Positions 1 through 8,400 of a stretch of 64,000 bases of DNA are shown one piece after another. Under the pieces are notes generated by a model. It did not search any database. It was not told the DNA's origin and was given only the letters and a program-made list of their open reading frames with translations. Position numbers and translations under genes: made by a program. Each line of letters begins with the position of its first letter. The stretch's first letter is position 1. Where the stretch lies: positions 64,001 to 128,000 of IMG/VR virus record IMGVR_UViG_3300047564_003843; one strand, written 5' to 3'. The stretch comes from a virus.

Positions 1-279
1 GTAAATGCTCAGTCAGAAAATGACAAGATGTTCTTTAACGTCTTAGGAAGCATTGCAACATTTATTACTGGAACACTCGCTGGCATCCTCATTGGTAATT
101 CTGGTGCTAAAGACATTATGTCAGCACAGCTTGCTAATAAAGAAATGGATGCAAAGAACACACAAGCCGACAAGAAGCTTGAAGCAGAGATTGATGCAAC
201 TGCAGCACGTCTAGCAGCAAAGCCAGATGGCGCAATGCCAGAAGAACAACCAGTTGATACAGATTGGGACAAGGACTAA
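1..279 (+). CDS. Membrane protein, putative holin (5'-truncated)
   Basis: Frame is open from base 1 (VNAQSENDK-MFF...). Hydrophobic segment VLGSIATFITGTLAGILIG, charged C-terminus, directly upstream of the endolysin. Confidence 0.55.
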   Translation, partial: VNAQSENDKMFFNVLGSIATFITGTLAGILIGNSGAKDIMSAQLANKEMDAKNTQADKKLEAEIDATAARLAAKPDGAMPEEQPVDTDWDKD

Positions 280-281
280 AA

Positions 282-857
282 ATGGCAGAGCAAGGCACAG
301 CGGCTCGTTTAATCGAAGTTGCTACAGCAGAGATTGGTGTTATCGAAGGTCCTAAAGATAACGAAACAAAGTACGGTGCTTACACTAAAGCTAACTTCCA
401 ACCCTGGTGCGGAAGTTTCGTTAACTGGTGCGGGAACGAAGCCGGGGTAAAAATCCCTAACACTGTTTACACTCCAGCTGGAGCGCAAGCATTTAAGAAA
501 GCTGGCTCTTGGATTGATGGAGACATTGCAGATCCAGAACCAGGCGATATCGTGTATTTTGATTTCCCGGCAGATGGCGTTGATCGAATCTCACATGTTG
601 GAATTGTTGTAAAAGACAATGAAGATGGAACTGTCTGGTGTATTGAAGGAAACACTTCTTCAAAGAAAAAGGGAAGCCAACGAAATGGCGGAGAAGTGTG
701 CAAGCAACTCCGTGCTTTTAAGAAGAACAAGGCTGGAGTAATGATTTCTATTGTTGGCTTTGGTCGTCCTAAGTTCAAGGGTGCAGGAGCAGCTAAACCA
801 AAAGCTGCAGCAACCGAGACAAAAGTCTGTCCAACTTGCAATCAAGCAATTAAGTAG
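282..857 (+). CDS. CHAP-domain endolysin (peptidoglycan amidase/peptidase)
   Basis: PWCGSFVNW (catalytic Cys), PGDIVYF, SHVGIV (His), IEGNT. The ATG at 282 follows the upstream stop. Confidence 0.9.
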   Translation: MAEQGTAARLIEVATAEIGVIEGPKDNETKYGAYTKANFQPWCGSFVNWCGNEAGVKIPNTVYTPAGAQAFKKAGSWIDGDIADPEPGDIVYFDFPADGVDRISHVGIVVKDNEDGTVWCIEGNTSSKKKGSQRNGGEVCKQLRAFKKNKAGVMISIVGFGRPKFKGAGAAKPKAAATETKVCPTCNQAIK

Positions 858-863
858 TTCAAG

Positions 864-1274
864 TTGTATATCTACCGAGTTAAAAAAGTACACAAGGTAG
901 TCGATGGGGACACTATCGATGTCGACATTGATTTAGGGTTTAACGTGTCTTTTTACCAACGAGTCCGCCTTGCTGGTATAGACACACCTGAGTCTAGGAC
1001 TACTGACAAGTATGAAAAAGAACTTGGTCTTGAAGTTAAAAAGAAACTTGCAGCTTTGCTTGCTAGTGCTGGAGATATTGTCATTAAAACCGAGAAACCA
1101 GACAGCACAGAGAAGTATGGTCGTATTCTTGGGTGGCTATATCTTGATGGTGCAGAGGTTTCTGTCAACGAAGCTTTGATTGCTGGTGGGTACGCTTGGT
1201 CTTATATGGGTGACACCAAAGTTAAGGACTTTGATGCTTTGTTGGCAAAACGTAAACTAAGAAAGGAAATCTAA
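864..1274 (+). CDS. Thermonuclease (SNase-like) nuclease
   Basis: VVDGDTID, RVRLAGIDTPE and KYGRILG motifs; TTG start. Confidence 0.9.
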   Translation: MYIYRVKKVHKVVDGDTIDVDIDLGFNVSFYQRVRLAGIDTPESRTTDKYEKELGLEVKKKLAALLASAGDIVIKTEKPDSTEKYGRILGWLYLDGAEVSVNEALIAGGYAWSYMGDTKVKDFDALLAKRKLRKEI

Positions 1275-1462
1275 TGGAAGCAATACTTGTATATCTTGGT
1301 CTTGCTCTTGCTATCTCTTTAATTACTATTTCAGACGATAAAAAAACAAAGAAGATTAAAGAAGGATATAACCCAAACGCAGTAGACCGCGACGGCGATG
1401 GGATTATCCAAGAAGGAACTAAGTTTGAACGTAAGGCTAAGAAGCCAAAGAAAAAAGCTTAG
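1274..1462 (+). CDS. Small membrane-anchored protein with a DxDxDG loop
   Basis: N-terminal hydrophobic helix, DRDGDGIIQE (Ca-binding-like loop), Lys-rich tail; coupled to the upstream gene by TAATG. Confidence 0.6.
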   Translation: MEAILVYLGLALAISLITISDDKKTKKIKEGYNPNAVDRDGDGIIQEGTKFERKAKKPKKKA

Positions 1463-1767
1463 TCGTGTTTTAGGTTGCTTGGCACTTTAGCCAACTTACC
1501 TACAAAACCTTCTGGTGCATCTTCAAAGCCAACTTTTTCATCTAAGTAGCCTTTAATTGCTCGTGGCACGATAAAGGTTAAAATCTCTCTTGCTTCACAT
1601 GTGTGACATCCACAAAAGATTAAACCACTCTCAGTTTCTATGTCGGCTGCAGGAGTACCCTCTTCAGCATCCACAGAGTCATACAAAGCCATCATGTACA
1701 TCTCTAGGCCCTGTTGTAGGTCGGTAGCCCAACCTTCATCCTTAATCACAAACTCTTTAATCTCCAT
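1459..1767 (-). CDS. Hypothetical protein (CGCxxC motif)
   Basis: 102-aa acidic ORF with FCGCHTC and a purine-rich RBS upstream; converges on the lysis genes. Confidence 0.65.
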   Translation of the reverse strand: MEIKEFVIKDEGWATDLQQGLEMYMMALYDSVDAEEGTPAADIETESGLIFCGCHTCEAREILTFIVPRAIKGYLDEKVGFEDAPEGFVGKLAKVPSNLKHD

Positions 1768-1795
1768 CCCCCCATCCTACGCTGCTTTGGAGAAA

Positions 1796-1820
1796 AAGGG
1801 AATGGGAGCCCGGAAAATTG
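1796..1820 (+). repeat. 25-bp start-associated repeat, copy 1
   Basis: AAGGGAATGGGAGCCCGGAAAATTG. Confidence 0.9.
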
Positions 1821-1843
1821 CATTTTTATGCTAGTCTCTTTCT

Positions 1844-1984
1844 ATGACTAAAAAGACGACAAGACCCACAGAAAAACGCAACTTCACATGCCCCGTCTGT
1901 AAAGAGGTGCATGAAGCCAAAACCCGTTTTGTATACCAATCTTTGGTAAGGCACCTCGAAGATAAACACGAAAGTAGGAAGTGA
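1844..1984 (+). CDS. 46-aa C2H2-like zinc-finger protein (not in ORF track)
   Basis: Manual translation MTKKTTRPTEKRNFTCPVCKEVHEAKTRFVYQSLVRHLEDKHESRK, with CxxC...HxxxxH. TGnTAGTCT lies 6 nt before the ATG. Confidence 0.75.
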   Translation: MTKKTTRPTEKRNFTCPVCKEVHEAKTRFVYQSLVRHLEDKHESRK

Positions 1985-2121
1985 TGCTTCTTTTTCTCAA
2001 ACAACTTTTTTGTAAGCACCTCATCACCACTCAATCTTCCTGCCCTTTTACTGGTAAGGACTACGACATCTGCATCAATTGCACAAAGGTCTCTGAACGG
2101 AGCGGGAGCCCGGAAAATTGA
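1984..2121 (+). CDS. 45-aa Cys/His-rich protein (not in ORF track)
   Basis: MLLFLKQLFCKHLITTQSSCPFTGKDYDICINCTKVSERSGSPEN; TGATG overlap upstream and TTGA overlap downstream. Confidence 0.65.
   Translation: MLLFLKQLFCKHLITTQSSCPFTGKDYDICINCTKVSERSGSPEN
2096..2120 (+). repeat. 25-bp start-associated repeat, copy 2
   Basis: AACGGAGCGGGAGCCCGGAAAATTG; the final TTG is the methyltransferase start codon. Confidence 0.9.
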
Positions 2122-2906
2122 TTTCTGAGCCGTATAAGGATATTTCACAAGAGGTTGTTGATATCTTAGAAGTCCTTATTGCCCAAGAAGATTCTTATCA
2201 CCAAAACCACAAGCGGCGTATGGCTCGCACTCTTGACTTACTTCTACAAGAAAAGCCAAAGGGCAAGCTCTTAGAGCTAGGAACTTCAAAAGTTATTCCG
2301 TTGTCGCTTCAGCAGCTAGCTCCAGATCTTGAAGTCCATGTCACTGACTTTCAGAAACACCTACCCACAGTCGGCACGTCAACTGTCTCAATTAAAGATA
2401 AGACGCTGGAAGCCACCACTTACAGGATTGATTTAGAGACAGAACCCATTCCTGTTGAAGACGAGACTTTTGATGTAGTTATTTGTTGCGAAGTCATTGA
2501 GCACATGGAATTAGACCCAATGTTCATGCTGGCTGAGGTCAACAGAGTCCTCAAACCACAAGGAACTCTTATTCTCACCACACCCAACATCACCAGTTCA
2601 AGGGCTCTGTATAAGATGCTCAGGGGCACAGAGCCATACTTCTACATGCAGTATCGCCACAAGCCAGCCCTATATCGCCATAACTACGAGTACAGCGAAA
2701 GCTCAATACGCCAAGTCACGAAGGCAGCAGGATTCTCTGGGAAGGTGTGGACAGAAGACTCTTTTGAAGATGGGGTAATGGAGGATGTCACCCGCCTCAG
2801 AGGACTTGGCTATCCACTCAACTCGATTGGCGACAACATCTTTGCTATCCTCACCAAAACTCGGGGGGTTGTAAATCGCTTCCCTTCGGTCATATACTCG
2901 GACTAA
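2118..2906 (+). CDS. Class I SAM-dependent methyltransferase
   Basis: LLELGT motif I, FDVVICCEVIEH, RVLKPQGTLILTTPN. Confidence 0.85.
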   Translation: MISEPYKDISQEVVDILEVLIAQEDSYHQNHKRRMARTLDLLLQEKPKGKLLELGTSKVIPLSLQQLAPDLEVHVTDFQKHLPTVGTSTVSIKDKTLEATTYRIDLETEPIPVEDETFDVVICCEVIEHMELDPMFMLAEVNRVLKPQGTLILTTPNITSSRALYKMLRGTEPYFYMQYRHKPALYRHNYEYSESSIRQVTKAAGFSGKVWTEDSFEDGVMEDVTRLRGLGYPLNSIGDNIFAILTKTRGVVNRFPSVIYSD

Positions 2907-2907
2907 T

Positions 2908-2932
2908 AACGGAACGGGAGCCCGGAAAAATG
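2908..2932 (+). repeat. 25-bp start-associated repeat, copy 3
   Basis: AACGGAACGGGAGCCCGGAAAAATG; the final ATG starts the 56-aa ORF. Confidence 0.9.
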
Positions 2933-3100
2933 GCAACTTGCGTTAAAAAAGGATTTGCCAACCGAGAGTTGGCTAGTAGGTTCGTCCAGATGAAAAACTA
3001 CTCGGAAGTCAAAAAAGGGCGTCCAGAGAGCTATTTCTTACACGGATGCGATAAATGCAACGCTTGGCACGTCCTAAAAGGACGAGTTCGTACGGCCTGA
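2930..3100 (+). CDS. 56-aa putative zinc-binding protein (not in ORF track)
   Basis: MATCVKKGFANRELASRFVQMKNYSEVKKGRPESYFLHGCDKCNAWHVLKGRVRTA, with a C...CxxC-xx-WH pattern. Confidence 0.7.
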   Translation: MATCVKKGFANRELASRFVQMKNYSEVKKGRPESYFLHGCDKCNAWHVLKGRVRTA

Positions 3101-3120
3101 ACTTTATCATACCTTTTAGA

Positions 3121-3173
3121 AACACCTGTTTTAGGTGTTGCAATTTAGAATTAAGTTACTATATGATATCAGC
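3121..3173 (+). promoter_or_regulatory. Housekeeping-sigma promoter with an overlapping inverted repeat; leaderless start
   Basis: TTGCAA (3138-3143)-N18-TATGAT (3162-3167), 6 nt before an in-frame GTG at 3174. The IR AACACCT-N5-AGGTGTT (3121-3139) abuts the -35. Confidence 0.6.
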
Positions 3174-3665
3174 GTGGTAGAACCTTACGAGAAGAGCACG
3201 GGCTTTTATTCAAGCTCAACAGCGATGTCATCCCTTGATGACACTTGGTCTACGCCAAGAAACTACTACGCCAAGGTGGATGCAGAATTCAATTTTGCTT
3301 TGGATGCAGCAGCCCTGCAGTCCTCTACTTTGGTAGTAGATAACTGGTATGGACCAGACCACTTAGAGACGGATAGACGAGACGCTTTTCAACGCGATTG
3401 GACTGTCGATGCTCAAGGTGGCGCTATTTGGCTAAATCCTCCCTATGGCAAGACGATTAAGGACTGGATGAGAAAAGCAGATGCTGAATCTCAAAAGGGA
3501 GCCACGGTTGTGTGCCTAGTGCCAGCACGAACTGACACTGCTTGGTTTCACGACTACGCAATACACCACGAAGTTCGTTTTATTCGTGGACGGCTGAAGT
3601 TTGGTAACTCGACCAATTCAGCTCCCTTCCCCAGCGCCCTTGTGGTTATGAGACCTCAAGGCTAA
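3174..3665 (+). CDS. Phage DNA N6-adenine methyltransferase (Dam-like family)
   Basis: WSTP, FALDAAA, WLNPPYG, LVPARTDT, RGRLKF and APFPS motifs. Start moved to the leaderless GTG at 3174. Confidence 0.9.
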   Translation: MVEPYEKSTGFYSSSTAMSSLDDTWSTPRNYYAKVDAEFNFALDAAALQSSTLVVDNWYGPDHLETDRRDAFQRDWTVDAQGGAIWLNPPYGKTIKDWMRKADAESQKGATVVCLVPARTDTAWFHDYAIHHEVRFIRGRLKFGNSTNSAPFPSALVVMRPQG

Positions 3666-3679
3666 TAGAAAGGTAAGTT

Positions 3680-3913
3680 ATGGATATCAATTGGAAAGCC
3701 CCGTTTGAACTTGCGTTTGAACTTGGACTGTTTTTAGTTGGTTCGTTGATAGTAGTAATAATCGTTGGATTTTGTCTTTTGTTGCTATACGCAATTGTTA
3801 AGACTTTTTTCCAAGCTCTTGCTAGAGCCAAGGCAAACGTGGAATCTGGTAAACACTCCAAGCCTAAGAAAAAAGAAGAACCAAAGTCAAACCATCTGAA
3901 GCCAGTGCAGTAG
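3680..3913 (+). CDS. Small single-pass membrane protein
   Basis: Long hydrophobic stretch, basic C-terminus, GAAAGG RBS. Confidence 0.7.
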   Translation: MDINWKAPFELAFELGLFLVGSLIVVIIVGFCLLLLYAIVKTFFQALARAKANVESGKHSKPKKKEEPKSNHLKPVQ

Positions 3914-3921
3914 GTGATGCA

Positions 3922-4641
3922 TTGTTCCCAGAATTAAAGTTTAGTTCTGATGTTGTTGTAGAACTTGTAAAGCACAGCGCATCAGATGATGATGTGGCTT
4001 TTGCTGCTCGGGTGTCTACTTTGGGTGAAAGGGCTCAGTCTCAAATCGGGACTGAAGACTCTAAGCTGGGCGGTCTCATTAACTTTTTAATGCGAGACCG
4101 TCACGGCTCACCTTTTGAACATTCCGTGTTTACTTTCTATGTAAAAGCTCCCATTTTTGTGTGGAGAGAGCATATGCGTCATCGCATTGCTTCTTACAAC
4201 GAGGAGTCTGGTCGTTATCGAGTTTTAGACCCCGAGTTCTATATTCCTAATAAAGAAAGAAAACTGCTTCAGATAGGAAAACCTGGAGCATATATTTTTG
4301 AAGATGGTACTGACGAGCAGCATGCAATTGTCTATAGCAATTATCGCAGAGTATGTAGACAGTCTTATATGGAGTATGAAGAGATGGTAAGACTTGGCAT
4401 TGCTCGAGAAGTTGCTCGAGGGGTTCTACCTCTAACTATTTACTCTTCGGCTTATGTCACCATCAACTCACGCAGCCTTATGAACTTCTTATCTCTTCGA
4501 CGTAACGTTGAGGGGCAGAGTTTCCCCTCATACCCACAACGGGAGATTGAGATGGTGGCAGAGAAGTATGAAGAGTTCTTCAAAGAACTTATGCCTCTAA
4601 CTCACAAAGCTTTTGTTGAGAATGGAAGAGTTGCTCCGTGA
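3922..4641 (+). CDS. thyX: FAD-dependent thymidylate synthase
   Basis: HGSPFEH, REHMRHRIASYNEESGRY (RHRx7S signature), EVARGVLP. Confidence 0.95.
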   Translation: MFPELKFSSDVVVELVKHSASDDDVAFAARVSTLGERAQSQIGTEDSKLGGLINFLMRDRHGSPFEHSVFTFYVKAPIFVWREHMRHRIASYNEESGRYRVLDPEFYIPNKERKLLQIGKPGAYIFEDGTDEQHAIVYSNYRRVCRQSYMEYEEMVRLGIAREVARGVLPLTIYSSAYVTINSRSLMNFLSLRRNVEGQSFPSYPQREIEMVAEKYEEFFKELMPLTHKAFVENGRVAP

Positions 4642-5321
4642 GTAATGGAATTGCATATTGTTATGCACGTGTATCAACTCAGATGCAAGCAGAAGAAGGT
4701 GTGTCACTTGATGGACAGGAACGCCAGCTAGTTGCTGCAGCAGAAGCAGCTGGTTATGAAGCAGTCATTCTTCGTGAAGAAGGTAAGTCTGGTAAAAACA
4801 TTAGCGGTAGACCTGTTTTGCGAAAAGCGTTAGATGAATTAGATGCAGGAAAGGCGCAAGCACTTTTTGTTACACGCTTAGACAGGCTTGCACGCTCTAC
4901 TCGGGATTTTTTAAGTATTGTTGACCGTTCACATAAATACGAATGGCGTTTAGCACTTCTTGATTTGGGGTTGGACACTGGAACTTATCAAGGACGTTTT
5001 GTTGTAACCATCATGTCTGCAATGGCAGAGATGGAGCGTGGAATGATTTCCATGCGTCAAAAAGATGTACATAAGGACCGTAGAGACGCTGGAAAGGTTT
5101 GGGGGGTTAATATTGGACCAAAATCTCCACTGTCTCTTGAAATTAGAAAAAGAATCTATGACGAACGTACAGCTGGACTTTCGTACGGAAAAATTGCTGA
5201 AGGTTTAGAAAAAGATGGAATCACTCCCCCTCGTGGTGGCACTGCTTGGTATGCAGCAAATGTAAGACACATTTTTTTAATGTTTACAAAAGAAAAAAGC
5301 ATTTTAGAAGCAGACAAATAA
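4638..5321 (+). CDS. Small serine recombinase (resolvase/invertase family)
   Basis: YARVST (catalytic Ser), SGK...RP, LDRLAR, AEMER and a short C-terminal DNA-binding region; GTGA overlap with thyX. Confidence 0.9.
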   Translation: MSNGIAYCYARVSTQMQAEEGVSLDGQERQLVAAAEAAGYEAVILREEGKSGKNISGRPVLRKALDELDAGKAQALFVTRLDRLARSTRDFLSIVDRSHKYEWRLALLDLGLDTGTYQGRFVVTIMSAMAEMERGMISMRQKDVHKDRRDAGKVWGVNIGPKSPLSLEIRKRIYDERTAGLSYGKIAEGLEKDGITPPRGGTAWYAANVRHIFLMFTKEKSILEADK

Positions 5322-5362
5322 GATAAAATTGCTTTAGCAATTCGATGGACAACGAGTTGCAG

Positions 5363-5386
5363 AAGACGGTTTTTAGCCGTCTTTTT
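5363..5386 (+). terminator. Intrinsic terminator-like hairpin
   Basis: AAGACGG-TTTTTAG-CCGTCTT followed by a T run. Confidence 0.6.
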
Positions 5387-5409
5387 CGCCCTGCGCTGGA
5401 GGCATTAAA

Positions 5410-8400
5410 GTGTCGCGTCGTTTTTCTGGAAAAGCAAAAACAACATTAAGACGTTTTTGGCTATCACTTGCTGCTACTCCTTTTATAATTTTTCTTGTTG
5501 GAGTATTAACTCCTCAAACTGCATACGCTTCCGACGAAGAGGGGGTGCAACCAGCACCAAACCCAAACAGCACATCAACTGATACAAATGCGTCGTCGGG
5601 AGGTGATCCACAAGCTTCTTCTAGTGGCTCAACGCAAGAGCAAATCACAGAAGCAGCAACCGCAGTAGCAACAGCGGAATCTGAAGTAACAACTCTTAAC
5701 ACTCAAGTAACTCAAATTACGGAGGTAGCAACATCAATATCTCAACCTTCCACGCAAGTAACAGAGGCAGTATCTAGCGCACAGATCTCAGTAGCAGAAG
5801 CAGCAACAGCTGTTCAGACAGCAGACGCAGCCGTTGAATCAGGTCAAACAGCAGTTACAGTGTCTCAAGTAGCAAATCAAACTTTAGCTCAAGCAACAGC
5901 CACAGTTACAACACAGACAGCAATAGTAGAGCAAGCAAGTACAGCAGTTGCAATAGCTCAATCAGCAGTAACTACTGCAACAACAACTTTTTATCAAGAG
6001 AATGCAAATCTAGGGACTTTAACTTCTAACCTATCAAGTGCTCAAACTGCGGCCACTGCTGCACAGGCAGCAGCCAATGAAGCCAACACAACCACTACAG
6101 TTACAGAAACTTTTGCCAACAACACCACAAGCGTAGTTACAGTAACTACTGGCTCTGGTGTATCTATCGGTGGTAACTGGAATACCGCTCAAACATCAGG
6201 ACCTGGTCTTGTTGTTCAGTGGCCCCAAAATGATGTTGTTATTGATGTCAACCCAAGCAACACTGGAACTGTCACTTCTGTGACCATGGGCGTATACGCT
6301 AAAAATGGTGATACAACTATGACAGCAACAAATACGGATGGCTCAACCACGACAACAATTATTGATAATAACGTTTCTGCTGAAACACAGGCGGTTGGAT
6401 ACACCTCAACTGAAACAATAACAGGCTCATCTATTGAGACACTAACAATTACAAAAGATGACGACTACTACATCATTGACAATATTTCGATAACTAAAAC
6501 TTCTTCAGACCCCGATTTAGTAGCAGCAGCAGAAGCAGCAAATGCTGAGCTTGCTTCAACACAGGCTGCTTATGACGCACAACTAGCAGTTCGTGATGCA
6601 TCCCATGCAGCTTGGGGTGCAGCTCACGATGCTGCTAATACCGCTCAAACAAATTTGTCTTCAGAACAAACAACTTTAGTTCAGGCTCAAAATACAGAAT
6701 CCACAGCAACTACTGTTGCTCAAGCTGCTTCTGCAGCTATGACAACTTTAGTTTCAACAGCAGTAACAGCTACAGAAACAGCAGTAACAGAGGTTAAAGA
6801 AGCTAAAGTTGAGATTGCTGAAGCTCAGGTGTCCGTGTCTGCAGCAGCAGTAGAGACTGTCTCAACCACACTTCAAACAGTCGTCGCTTCATCAGATGCT
6901 CTTGCACTACAAAAACCAGAGGTAGTTGCAGTAGTCGATGCTGCTGTAGATGCAGTGGTTGAAGCTGAGGAAGCAGTTGAAGCAGCGCAGACTGCTATGG
7001 AGACTGCAGTAACTCTTGCATCTACTGCACCTACAGTTGAAGCAGCGACAGCAGTTGTAGAAGATAAGACTCAAGTTCTAGCTACTGCCTCTGCAGCAGT
7101 AGACGCTCAAGAAGTAGTAGTAACGCAAGCCGTTACTACCGAGGCTGCTGCACAGGCAGTTGTTGATTCTGCTACAAGCCAAGGACTAAAGGTTGAGGTC
7201 TATAACGTTCAAGGACAAAATAACGCCCCAGTGTTAGCAGAAAACGCTACTCCAGTTCTTACAACTACTGACACTAATGGAATAAGCGAGCAGTGGGGTG
7301 GCGGTTATGTCGCTGGATCAAATCTCCATGAAGATGTAATTGTTAAATACACAGGAACTTGGACACCGTCAGTTGACGTAACTCATGTTCATGCCCCAGC
7401 AGATGATGGAGTAAAGCTCTACCTTGATGGCCAGCTTGTAATTAATGATTGGTACGACAAGGGTGGCGGAGGAAGTGTTGTAGAGCAAGCAATAGCTGCT
7501 GGAGATAGTACAGAGTTTGAGTTATGGTATTACGAAAATGGCGGAGGAGCTGGAGTTTGGTTCTACCGATACAACCCTTCAACTGGTTATGTTATCGCTT
7601 CTGGTTCTGAGTTTTCTCAAACAGCTGCTACCGCTGAGCAACTTCAGACTTTAGCAACTGCAGAAACAACTCTAGCCACAGAGACACAAACACTTTCAAC
7701 TTTACAAGCTACAGAGACTGTAGCTACTACCAACCTTCAAAATGCTCAAGCAAATCTTCAAGCAGCAAATACTGCAGTTGCAGCAATGGACACTGCTATC
7801 ACTGCAGCACAGACTGCAATAACAGAGACAGTTCAAGCAATAGCAGCTGTGCAAACTGCGCAAACAGTTGTAGCGCAAGAAGTTATTCTTCAAAGCCCAA
7901 TAGGAGCTCCAACTAATATTGTTGTTACACAGTTAGAGAATGGTGATGTTCAAGTTTCTTGGGACCCACCAACAGGTGTTATTTCACCAGAACGTTATGC
8001 AATCTCATGGTCTGTTGGAGATAGCGGATGGGGTGTTGCAACTGGTAATGCAGGAGACGCTAATGCTCTTAATACAAGCATTGTTCTTTCAGCAGCTTTG
8101 TTTGAAAGCACTGGTGGATTAGACACCACTTATCAAATTAGTGTTCGTTCAGATAATGATTCATTGGCTAAATATTCAACAACAACTGCTACTCAGTTGC
8201 TCGTCGTTGATCCCACCCCGGCTCCAGAACCTCAACCTTCTCCTCAGCCAGAACCAGAACCTGAACCCAATCCAACTCCTGTTGATCCAATTCCAGAACC
8301 TCCTGCCGAAGAACCAATTTTACCTGAACCTCCTGCAGAAGAACCTCCAGCAGAAGAACCTCCAGCAGAAGAACCACCTGCAGAAGAACCACCAGCAGAA

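Noticed and set aside
1831-2148. 105-aa minus-strand ORF
   Set aside because: It is antisense to two coupled + strand microproteins that have coherent metal-binding motifs.
1796-2932. CRISPR array interpretation of the 25-bp repeats
   Set aside because: The gaps are 275 and 787 nt and contain genes; there is no cas operon.
4638-5321. Integrase or transposon marking a prophage or mobile element
   Set aside because: Too short for a large serine integrase; no transposase, att site or host genes are visible.
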